Of a DNA stretch of 64,000 nucleotides, positions 52,600 through 63,092 are shown in pieces (within the stretch, counting starts at the first letter, position 1; each line of letters opens with the position of its first letter). The position numbers were made by a program, and so were the translations under genes. Source of the DNA: Felis catus (Eukaryota); assembly GCF_018350175.1 (NCBI RefSeq), contig NC_058368.1:38504001-38568000 (forward strand). Reading direction: 5' to 3'. Below the pieces are notes generated by a model. It did not search any database and had not been told where the DNA came from. It saw nothing but the letters and a program-made list of their open reading frames with translations.

Positions 52600-53030
52600 G
52601 GTAATTCAGAAAAAATCTTTGCATGGTTTTGATATCAAAATTTTAATAGCCTAATAAAATGAGTTGGGAATACTTTCTCCTCCACTTTCCAAAGGAATCG
52701 GCTAAAATTACATTTATCTCTTTATTGACTATTTGTTAGAACTTCCCTTAAAATTCTCTAAGCTGATTGTTTCTTTAGGAAAATTTTGACCATTTAGTCC
52801 ATTCACTTCATTATTAAAGATTCATTTAGTTTTTCTCTTCTTAAGTCAGTTATGCAATTTATATTTTTATAACACTGCTCTTTACATTTAGTTTCTAGAT
52901 GTTTTGGCACAAACTTTTGCATAATATTTTCTTTTTCCCTTCTAATATTTGCTGAATCTTTAATTATGTCTCTGTCTTATTAAAATAATTATTTTCTTCT
53001 TTAGTGTCACTAGAGAAATTTATTTTATTA
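52600..53030 (-). mobile_element. Old L1 ORF2 fragment
   Basis: ggttttgatatcaaaatt...ataaaatgagttgggaatactttctcctc antisense L1 ORF2 motif. Confidence 0.65.
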
Positions 53031-53705
53031 AATGTAAATGTAGATAGCATGGTCAGATTTGGTGAGAGATAGTCCTTATATTTGAATAGACTCCTTCAAT
53101 ACTATCATGGACCTTCTCTTAATAAGTTCATTGACTAAACCCAAAGATTGGATCATTTTATTTATCTACAGTATTGAAAATTTTCTGCACAGAAGGGGCC
53201 TTTAGAATTATAGTCATATGGACTAAAATTTTTCTACTATTCTGGGCTATCCTGAAAGGTCTAATTAATATGCCTTTTCTGTAAATTTTCTTGTCATGAG
53301 TCACCACTCATACAGATTCAGGGCTGGCTTGTATCTCTGATCACCAAAGATAAATGTCTACTTTCAGATGTTCTAACAACTAATTTACAAACTTTTGGGG
53401 TTTTAAATATATATGTTAGCCAAAATTTAAGGTGTCGGAGGCACATTTATATAACTATCTGCTCCACAATTTTTTATAAGTGAATAAGTACTCTGACTTT
53501 TGGAACATAAAACACCCCCAGGCATTTCTTAATTCATAGCTTATTGTTTATGGATACCCAATCTGTAATAATCACTTGCTCTTTTGACATTCTATAATTA
53601 GGCTTTAAATATTATTCAAAGTCCTGTAGTAGTCAAATAGCTTTTCTTTAAGGGAAAATGATTATTAGCCTAAGAAGTTATAGCTTTATTTAAAAGTTCA
53701 AACTC

Positions 53706-53934
53706 GGGGTGCCTGGGTGGCTCAGTCGGTTGAGCATCCAACTTCGGCTCAGGTCATGATCTCACAGTTTGTGGGTTTGAGCCCCACATCAGGCTCTGTG
53801 CTGACTACTTGCTCAGAGCCTGGAGCCTGCTTCAGATTCTGTGTCTCCTTATCTCTCTGCCCCTCCCCCGCTCACGCTTTGTCTCACTCTGTTTCTCAAA
53901 AATAAATAAATGTAAAAAAAAATTTTTTTTTAAA
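53706..53934 (+). mobile_element. CAN-SINE
   Basis: ggggtgcctgggtggctcagtcgg head; exact 15-bp TSD taaaagttcaaactc. Confidence 0.97.
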
Positions 53935-54457
53935 TAAAAGTTCAAACTCACCCACTGTAATTTTCCCATGGAAATTTGCCAGAGGATCAAGAGAACTTCA
54001 ACATTTACATATTCTTTTTCATAAACACCAAGTGGCAATGCAACTTGTATTGTAGCCTGATGTGCTAAAGAAACTACTTTTACTTCTTGTCCTATTCAAA
54101 GTTTGTAGTCATTTCAGTGAACGGATCACAGGACATATAATAAATCATATGTTAATTCCAGATCAGAAAAGACCCATTTTCTAAGTGCAGAAGTTGTAAG
54201 CTGTAGTAATTTGTCCTTTAATTATAATAGAATATTCCATGCCCAGAAATGTAAGTGAAATAGCTCCAGTTTATGCATTGGATTTGAATGCTACTGTTTG
54301 GAATGTGTGTGTCTTACGACGCCTACCTACTTTTCCTCATCATCCATTTTATAAGTATTCTGCATCAATGAAGAGGAACAGGTGATAGACTTCATGTAGA
54401 AAGAAATTCATTTCTGTGGGTAAGTTATTGTTTTTTGGAACAACTAACATAATTATT

Positions 54458-54663
54458 TTTTAAGAATTTTTTAATGTTTATTTTTGAGAGAGAGAGAGAG
54501 TGCGTGTGTGTTGGGGGGCAGAAAGAGGGAGACAGTCTGAAGCAGGCACCAGGTTCTGGGCTCTCAGCACAGAACCTGACATGGGTCTTGAATCCACAAA
54601 CAGTGAGATCATGACCTGAGCTGAAATTGGAAGCTTAACAGACTGAGCTACTCAGGTACCCCC
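54458..54663 (-). mobile_element. CAN-SINE
   Basis: T-tail, (GA)n, ends gactgagctactcaggtacccc; degenerate TSD acaa(c/t)taa(c/t)ataatt. Confidence 0.94.
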
Positions 54664-54957
54664 ACAATTAATATAATTCTTAGGTAAGGTGGGAAAAAAA
54701 GTTTAATGATATTTCACCTTATAAAAGTAAAATCATATCACGCCAACTTTATTCAAACTGAGGAAATATTATTTTGCCACTTCAATAGCTATATTATTGT
54801 TTCTATGTGTATTTTCTCCAGGAAAGGAATAAAAAATTTAGAAAAGTATGGATGTTGCTTCCAGAGAAGCAGGGCAATAAATAAAGTGTAATATTCTTAA
54901 AGCTAACTGAAATAAGAGTTTCAAACAAAATAGAGATGTCAATTTGAGTAAATGCTA

Positions 54958-55036
54958 TTTTTTAAATGTTTATTTATTTTGAGAAAGAGATTGGATAAGG
55001 GGCAGAGAGAGGGAGAGAGAGGGAGAGAGAGAGAGA
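54958..55036 (-). mobile_element. CAN-SINE 3' fragment only
   Basis: ttttaaatgtttatttattttgaga...ggggcagagaga(GA)n with no head. Confidence 0.8.
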
Positions 55037-55584
55037 CTCATAGCTAACATCATACTCAATAGTGAAAGGTTGAACATTTTCTCACTCAGCTCCCTACTTC
55101 CTTTTTCCTCACATAAGTAAGTGCCTTAGTTCAGATATAACAGATGATGTCTCTGAGCAAGGCACACAATACATCATGTATACAAAAAGACTAGTTTAGT
55201 CATAAAACATATCCATACTATACTCTGATAATTACTTAGCTGACACTAATATTTTCTATAAGCCCATGCTCCATAAATCCATAAATTATAAGTATCTATT
55301 CATAAATACCATCAAGAAGTTTGATGAATATGTTTACAAGGAGTTTTGACCAGGTCATTCTTTCTCTATCTTCTTTGCCATTATCAAGTAAGGAAGTGCA
55401 GATTGCATACTATGTGCTAACACTCTAGCTATATCTATCAGTTACTACTACAAGAGTATAAAAAGAGTACAGATTCCATTTCTCTGACTTCCTTAACAAT
55501 GCCTGTGTTGTGTCCTTTTGACATAAAAAAAAGGAGGAGTCTTATTACAATTTTAAAATGATTATTAAAAGCTGCTAAGATGAA

Positions 55585-55798
55585 GGTGCCTGGGTAGCTC
55601 AGTCTGTTAAGTGTCTGACTTTGGCTCAGGTCATGATCTCATGGTGTCTGAGTTCAAGCTGCACTTCAGACTCTGTGCTCACAGTTTGGAGCCTGTAGCC
55701 TGCTCCAGATTCAATCTCCCTCTCTCTCTGCCCCTCCCCTGCTAGCTCTCTGTCTCTGTCTCTGTCTCTCTCTCAAATACAAATAAACATTAATTTTT

Positions 55799-55835
<37 letters not shown>

Positions 55836-55836
55836 A
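55585..55836 (+). mobile_element. CAN-SINE with (TAAA)n tail
   Basis: ggtgcctgggtagctcagtctgttaagtg head; flanking ctgctaaga repeat. Confidence 0.96.
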
Positions 55837-55983
55837 TGTATGTCTGCTAAGAGATGGCTTTAAATCAATTGCTCCACAAATAAACAGAGAGAAAATAACC
55901 GCTAGCCATTTTCTGTCATCAATAGCCCATTTCTGTTTCCTGGTGGGTCATTACAATTACAGAGAAATTAAATCGCAGGTATT

Positions 55984-56438
55984 TGTCAAGAACAGTGAAG
56001 AGTCTGAGATTGTGCCCTACTTACAAGCTCACAACTTAGCCTGCCTCATTTTTCCGAGTCCTGGCGGAAGACATGAGATATCTGGGTCAGAAACAATGTA
56101 CAACTTCCCACTCCTAATAGTGACGAGGATATGAGCATTTGATGAGGTTTCTAAAGTGCCAGTTCCCACATCATGACACAAAGTGGGCCAGGGGATGCCA
56201 ACACATGCAATGGCTTGTATCACAGTTGAAAAATCCCAAGTTTAGGGAAACCAAATCTTTTATATTTGGAAGTAAGCCTGCCTGCCCCTTATTCTAGAAG
56301 AAAATGCAGTCTTTTTCTTTCAAAGATATCCTTTCTACTAACTTCCTTATAATGACATCCAGAAGGAAGACAGTTTGTGCCTCTGCTTGTAAGACAAGTA
56401 AAAAGGTGAAAGGCTCATTGGTGAATTGTCTCCCAAAA
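55984..56438 (-). mobile_element. MER76-like ERV solo LTR
   Basis: Minus strand begins ttttgggagacaattcacc and ends tctcagactcttcactgttcttgaca; internal TATAAAAG. Confidence 0.75.
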
Positions 56439-57589
56439 ATATTATGGTGTTCTCTGACTCATATATGTTGTTACTCTTGAAAACACAATACTATAAGCAA
56501 ATTTGGAAGATATGCATATTCCTAAATGTTACCATAAAGATTTAAGGGGCTTAAGCTATAATGAATTATGTTATCTTATTTATAGTTCTTTTCATCAGGC
56601 TGGTATTAAATGCTTGTAAAAATAGAGAAAAATGACAGAGTTCTTTTTAGTATTGTTGTTCACCAAAATTTTGCTATAAGGACCTGTGGTTATTGATGAG
56701 GAAAATCTTATTTTCATTAAAACATTTTAATATTAACCTATAAGAAGTCAGTATAAGCAAGAAAATGGTGTGTTTGACTCACACTCTGGTGGTAAAACCA
56801 GATATTAAGGTTTTTCTCTGAGAAGTTATATCAGCAACAGAAAGTTTTCCACATCCTGAAAAACTCAAATTTTGATAAAGCCTAAAGGAACTGAAATCTT
56901 CGCCAGATTAGCATAACATCTGAGGGTTTCTCCTGGCTGAGGCAAAATAACTGAGAGCCAAGAATCTGGTTGGTTAGGTAGGCAAAAGCCTTGAAAATAT
57001 GCACATATGAAACTTAAAGGAAGCATACAGCAAAACCTACAGAGAAGAATGTTTTCTACATATCTGTCCTTGGTTGACCCTGTACACATGCATATTTTTC
57101 TCATTTGAAAAGTACTGTAAAGTTACAGTATTCCCTAGACAAAGGGAATATTTAAGAAAATATAAGAGAAACATTTCTTTTCAGGAATTTGCAAAAATTA
57201 CATGCATGGTGAAGAGGATATGACCCACTATGGTTTGGGCTTTGACTAAATCCTAATCAAAGCTTACAGCTAAATGAAACCAAGCAACTCTTCCCCTGTG
57301 CTTCTAAATTATTAATATAATCATGCCAAGGTTTCCATTAGGAATAGTAGCAATGCTAGGGATGCCTCCCACTCAAAGAATAATGTGATGTGGAAAAACG
57401 TGCTTCAGCATATCATTTAAAAGTAGATGTTATATCTAAAGAGCCTTGATTTATTTTATTGGTTTTAGTGTATTTAGATGAATTCCAAAATGAATTTCCT
57501 AAAGGAGATATTAAAGAAGGAAATCAATGAAATGTGACTTTTCAGTTTATAATAGTGAACAAAAGTATATATTTTATTTAAAGAAACCT

Positions 57590-57794
57590 GGGGACACCTG
57601 GGTGGCTGTCGGTTAAAAGCCCCACTCTTGACTTTGGCTCAGGTCATGATCTCACGGTTGTGGGTTCGAGCCCTGCATCAGGGTCTGTGCTAACAGTGTG
57701 GAGCCTGCTTGGGATTCTCTCTCTCCCTCTCTTTCTGCCCCTCTCCTACTGCCTCTTTCTCTCTCAAAAGAAATAAAATTCAAAAAACAAAAAG
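57590..57794 (+). mobile_element. CAN-SINE
   Basis: ggggacacctgggtggctg head; TSD aaagaaa(c/g)ctg. Confidence 0.95.
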
Positions 57795-58529
57795 AAAGAA
57801 AGCTGATTTTTTTTCATGCTTAGGAAAGAATGTTACTGAATCGTATGGCCCAGTGAAAAGGATGATATAGTCTGACTCTGGATACAATACTGCTCATAGC
57901 ATAATGAAGATAAGGTAGAGGACCAGTAATGCATCCCATACTGGAAGATACCAGGTCCCTCAAAATCAAGGTTTCTTTGAGAGCTTGTAGATGGAGTCAC
58001 TTAGTGAGCAAATTTGACCTGTAGTTTGGAGATAAAAGGAAACGTCACAAAACATAATGACTCAAACACAGAAAAGGCAGGTGGATTATGAAGTATGTAA
58101 CAGGTACTGCATCTGGTAAAAGTTGCTTTAAGAACCAAAAAGATACAGTGAGGTAAGATGTGTCAGTGGAAGTGTGTCAGCAGAACAGTAAAGTGATCTG
58201 ACTAGAAGTAAGTGAGAAATAGTCATAATAAACCAGAGGGACTGGTTGAAAGCTTGGACAGTTGAGAATTCTATAACATAAACAACAGAAAGATGGAAGT
58301 TTATCACCCTGAGAAGAAAGGATGCAAATAGCAGGAGGTATCAGGCTTGGAGATACTGATTTCCATAATATCCTTAATTTCTTTTAATTTCCTTAATTTC
58401 TTCTCCAGTAGGAGAAGAGAGTCATCTTCCCAACTATTTCTAACCGTATCACCTTGCCATTTACATTAGACGTTTGTAGGAACTGTCTTTAGTGCAATGA
58501 AGAAAATTATTCAAATTAAAAAAAAAAAA

Positions 58530-58760
58530 AGCAAAGGGGTAAAAAGAGAAAGAGAGGCAAACCAAGAATTCTTAACTACAGAGAACAAACTGATGGTTAC
58601 TAGAGGGGAGGAGGGTAGGGGGATGGGGGAAATAAGTGATGGGGATTAAGGAGGGCACTTGTGATGAGCACCGAGTGAAGTATGGAAGTGTTGAATCACT
58701 TTATTGTATACCTGAAACTAATATTATGCTATATGTTAACTGGAATTAAAAAAAAACTTT
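58530..58760 (+). mobile_element. Carnivore L1 3' UTR fragment
   Basis: cagagaacaaactgatggttactagagggg...tacctgaaactaatattatgctatatgttaactggaatt. Confidence 0.9.
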
Positions 58761-58939
58761 TATAAATATTTAACATTCTATCAACATTTTCCAAATCAAA
58801 TTTTGGACTTGGTAAAAAAAAAAGTCATTACCTTTAAATTCTCATCACTACCACAACATTATCACCATGACCACATCACCATCAACATTAGCACCATAAT
58901 CACAAACAAATAGCTTTCTTCACTTCAAGCATTATTATT

Positions 58940-59007
58940 CTAATGATAGTACAAGGAAGGATTTTATTTTTGGAATTGATTAAATTAACCAGGGGAGAAC
59001 TCACAAC
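58940..59007 (-). other. Candidate terminal exon (exon 3) of a minus-strand transcript
   Basis: Acceptor catgacttttatttttcag|GTT at 59007; AATAAA at 58968-58963. Confidence 0.2.
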
Positions 59008-59284
59008 CTGAAAAATAAAAGTCATGTTCCTACAATTGACACTGTATACGTGGATATCATAGAACAAATGTCATTCAACAAAGTAACATTCTTCTCTTCT
59101 TCAAATATAGTAATCATAATACTAGCAGTAATTATACTCAGTCTCTATATGAGTAACAGTGTCAACAGTAATTAAAAAAAAAAAAAAGAAGGAAAAAGCC
59201 CTATTATCTCAGTTTGTATGTGGTAGAATATGGAGTTAGTATATGGGCTGGAGGGATGACTTCCTAGAGACTCGATTTGCACTC

Positions 59285-59289
<5 letters not shown>

Positions 59290-59330
<41 letters not shown>
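59290..59330. repeat. (TA)n microsatellite
   Basis: Directly visible. Confidence 0.95.
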
Positions 59331-59333
<3 letters not shown>

Positions 59334-59787
59334 ACTTTGCTATTACAGGAACTTACTTTATTCATGTTTAGCACTGATAGCTAATGATATAATATACTCT
59401 GCTTTCTAAATCAGATGTAGTTAGTTTATCAATAATACTCATTTTTAAATGAATAGGTATTAAAATAAAAAAATACTTTTTCCTCTTTCTGGGAGGTAGG
59501 CAGAGGATTGTGTTCCTAAAGTTTTGATTCGTCTAACTTCTGAGGAATATCAATAGGTGCTTTGTAGATTCCAAACCATCAGCACATCTTGATGAACCAA
59601 AAAATGCTTGTATTAGAAAGAGAAACAATGCTTATATATTCTCTGGACAAAGACAAGGAGGAAATGGGATATCGTTTCAAAGATATTAAAAACGAATGTC
59701 TGAATACTTGCTGATACCAGTATGGACTGGTTACACTGAACAAATTTCGAGGACCTGAACCAAAGAGAAAACCAGGATTAACCTTAC

Positions 59788-59922
59788 CTTAGACAGAACG
59801 GAGTCTTCACATGGAAGTTCTGATGTAAAAGCCTTGTCTTACTGAGATAGAAGTGGGAAGGTGAAACTTTACAATAACAGGGAACAGCATCAGGTAGGCA
59901 ATGAAGCAAACTGCGGAGGTTT
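59788..59922 (-). other. Candidate 135-nt internal exon (exon 2)
   Basis: Acceptor tttgttgtttgttctttccatag|AAA and donor AAG|gtaagg in non-repeat sequence. Confidence 0.45.
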
Positions 59923-60064
59923 CTATGGAAAGAACAAACAACAAATGTGATACCTATAGTTTGAGGCACGAGACATCTTTGTGACTTGAGAGATGGATGT
60001 CTAATGGGGGTCATCTTCTGAATCAACAATAAACTAATACGGAAATCCATGCCCTTTTTGGTAG

Positions 60065-60837
60065 ATGGATACTTTTTTAGGGTCCCTGGACCTAATGCAA
60101 CATGAAGTGTGGGATCCCCCACATACAACAGGAAGCAATTCTCAGATACCTTGCTGGTATCAGCTGATTCTGATACTGTCTACCAGCCAATAGTTCAGAT
60201 TCCACAAGTCCTGAAACACTGCCTCCTGCCCGCCCCAACTCAAATGCCAGCCACAAGCCATAAGCTGTTACCTGTGCTTCTGACCAAGCAGTTACAGTTT
60301 GGAGATTCAAAAGATTTGCTAGAGCAACTCATGAAATTCAGCAAAACATATTTACCAGTTTATTAAAGAACATGAATCAACAGCCAGATGAAGAAGTACA
60401 TAGGTCAAGGTCCTCAACAAAGGATCATCTGTCTTCCTGGAGCTTGGGGTCTGGCTCCATGGCACCTGGTACATTCTGGAAGCTCTCTGAAAAGGGACCA
60501 AAAACTGTCCTCTTCAGTTTTTATGGAGGCTTCCTTAGGCAGTTGTAATTTACTGAGTCATTGGATATTGGCTGATTCAACTTCTAGCCTCTCACCCCTC
60601 TTCAGAAGTGGGGGCAAGGGGGGATGGGACTAAAAATCCTAACCCTCTAATAACCTTGTCCTCATGACAACCAGCCCTGCACTTGGGGGGGTCCAAAAAT
60701 CACCTTCATTAATAACAAGACACTCATTTTACCTTTAAAGCTAGGAAATATTTTTATGAACTGTGTGTGAAAACCAAATATACCTAAATATCATCTGAAT
60801 GACCAAATACATGTTTCTTATAAGTCATTATATCACA
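60065..60837 (-). mobile_element. MER21-family LTR
   Basis: gttacctgtgcttctgaccaa; atttgctagagcaactca; aacagccagatgaaga; gtttttatggaggcttc; minus strand starts TGTGATA like MER21. Confidence 0.85.
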
Positions 60838-60920
60838 GTACTACAACAGGTTTCACATTTATTTACGGTATTGAGACCTGTCATTATATTTCACCATAAT
60901 TGTTGCGAGCACCTTTCTCC

Positions 60921-61148
60921 TTTTTTTAAAAGTTTATTTTGGGAAAGAATGAGAGAGCATGCACACAAGCAGGGGAGGGGCACAGAGAGAGAGGGAGAGA
61001 GAGAATCCTAAGCAGGCTCCACACTGTCAGCATGAAGCCCAATAGGGGGCTTGAACTCACCAACCGTGAGATCATGACCTGAGCTACAATCAAGAGTCAG
61101 AATCTTAACTGATTGAGCCACCCAGGCTCAGTCAGCCACCCAGCCACC
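60921..61148 (-). mobile_element. CAN-SINE
   Basis: T-tail, (GA)n, gagatcatgacctgagc...tgagccacccagg. Confidence 0.94.
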
Positions 61149-61254
61149 CCTCTCCTCTTTTATATAATCCTTTACATTTTGTTTTGGAGGGCTGATGGAA
61201 TGCTTTCAACATAGGCACTGTAGCTCCTTCTTCTAGAGTTTCATTATATCTTGA

Positions 61255-61425
61255 GCCAATCCAAGCTCTGCCAACTAGTAGTTACTTGATTATGGGCAAG
61301 TGATTAGATTCAATCTTCCTGTTTCCTTATATGGAGAATGGGGGGAAATAAGTGACCTCATGGTCTCATTGTGAAGATTAAATTAGTGGCTGGTGTATAG
61401 TAAGTGTCAGTTACCATTGCTTTTA
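61255..61425 (+). mobile_element. MIR
   Basis: aatccaagctctgccaactagtag...gggcaagtgatta...gtttccttatatggagaatgg...ttgtgaagattaaatt. Confidence 0.75.
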
Positions 61426-61675
61426 TTAAATAAACTTACACAGGGAGGAAGACATTCACATGGTAGTTAACATAAATAGAAAGAGGTGTGAGAAATTACA
61501 AGGAAAAAACCAAAAGTTTACAGTCTCACTTAAGGAGGTATAGTTAAAGCAATGATTTTAAACTGGTGGTTTCTGAGCCAGAATCAGCTAGAGGCCTTTT
61601 TGGGTGTTTTGTTTTGTTTTTGTTTTTTGTTTTTGTTTGTTTTGGCTAGCAAAATGTTAAAAATAAAATAAATAT

Positions 61676-61967
61676 GGGGGAAGCTGGGTGGCTCAGTTGG
61701 TTTTGGCTCAGGTCAAGATCTCACAGTTTGTGAGACTGAGTCCTGTGTTGGGCTCCATGCTAACAGCACAGAGCCTGCTTGAGATTCCCTCTCCTCTTCT
61801 CTCTCTGCCCCTTCCCTGCTTGTGCACATGCTGTCTCACTCTCTTGCAAAATAATTAAATAAACTTAAATAAAAATAAAAATAAAACATAACAAAATAAA
61901 ATAAAATAAAATAAAATAAAATAAAATAAAATAAAATAAAATAAAATAAAATAAAATAAAATAAAAA
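61676..61967 (+). mobile_element. CAN-SINE with expanded (TAAAA)n tail
   Basis: ctgggtggctcagttgg head with a short internal deletion; long TAAAA array. Confidence 0.94.
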
Positions 61968-62643
61968 TGAGTACACCTACCTGGGCAGAATTTATTAGGC
62001 TTCTCAGTCCAATCTACCACCATTAATACGGCCTAATTCACACTTTTGGGTTACTTATCTTGCCACTGTCTTAGTTGAATTTGTGAACCCAGATTTAAAT
62101 ACTTGCTCATCAACATGTGTTTTTCTTGGGTTAATGCCTAACATCTGATTATTGCTGTTTGTTTGGCTTCCTTAGGCTTTACACCTGCGTTACTATAGAA
62201 ACATCATCATAAATTCCACATTGTTTTATTTTCATATTTCCATTTTAATTTAGATGTCTGGAGTCAGAACTTGTGTTTGTCCTAAATTCTGTAGACTGTA
62301 TGCTCACTATCGCGTCTAGTTAAACAGTCTTGCTCCAGTGTCAGGGTAGTGGGTGAATTATTGGCAAGCATTAAGAGAAACAGCCTTTAACACTTTGTAT
62401 GCACTTTTAAGATCAGAGAGGATTTAGAGGGGTGGTGTGTGATTTTCTGGACTGGAAGTTAGCCAAGAAACTATTATGTTTATAGTTATATTGAGAAATA
62501 TCCCAGAGCGGCTTTAAGTACTAAAAATAGAGACAAGAACCCATTTAATAGCAGCGCCAGTAGCCTGGTTTCTACCTACACCAAGTTGGGACTTTGGAAA
62601 AGTATTTATGAGTGAACTCTCCTGAATCACTGATCCTACTTAC

Positions 62644-62720
62644 TGCAGTAACTGATGTTTCCTTGGAGGTTTCCCATCTTCTCAGTTCACTCAGTCAGGT
62701 TTATGAGATGTGACAGGATT
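62644..62720 (-). other. Candidate first exon (predicted TSS about 62720; ATG at 62677)
   Basis: About 30 nt downstream of a TATA box; first ATG is in AAGATGG Kozak context; ends TGCA|gtaagt. Confidence 0.4.
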
Positions 62721-62740
62721 GTAGTGCAAGGAGATGGCTG

Positions 62741-62751
62741 CTATTTATATA
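62741..62751 (-). promoter_or_regulatory. Candidate TATA box
   Basis: Minus strand reads gcTATATAAATAGcagcc, 29-31 nt upstream of a C|A dinucleotide and followed by a consensus splice donor. Confidence 0.4.
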
Positions 62752-62959
62752 GCAGAGAGTAAAATTTGACAGTAAACTTAGGGAAAGTTTTGCAAAGATT
62801 GCATCCTTTCTCTAATTTCCTATGGTTTATTTTCTGTGATGTGTACTCAACTCCACTCACTCTGACATTAAACTTTATTTTCTCTATTCCAAACTATAAA
62901 AGTGTGTTTGGAATAGGTGTGTGTTTAAAGAATAAGAAATGGCTTCTTCTGTTTTATTT

Positions 62960-63092
62960 TTGTTGTTTTTTAAAAGCTTTATCAGGGTATAATTGATACA
63001 TGAGTAATTGTATATATTTAATGTGTCCAATTTAATGAGTTGGGACACAGGCAAACACTTGTGATACCCCACTGCAAACAAAGTAATAGAAC
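62960..63092 (-). mobile_element. L1 (L1MA/MB-type) extreme 3' end
   Basis: T-rich tail then agctttatcagggtataattgataca...tatttaatgtgtccaatttaatgagtt. Confidence 0.8.

Noticed and set aside
59784..60128. 114-aa minus ORF covering candidate exon 2
   Set aside because: Starts inside the MER21-like LTR and reads through the polypyrimidine tract; this frame is out of phase with exon 1, so it would need an unseen upstream exon
62641..62662. tactgcagtaactgat, superficially like miR-217
   Set aside because: Only partial similarity and no precursor hairpin
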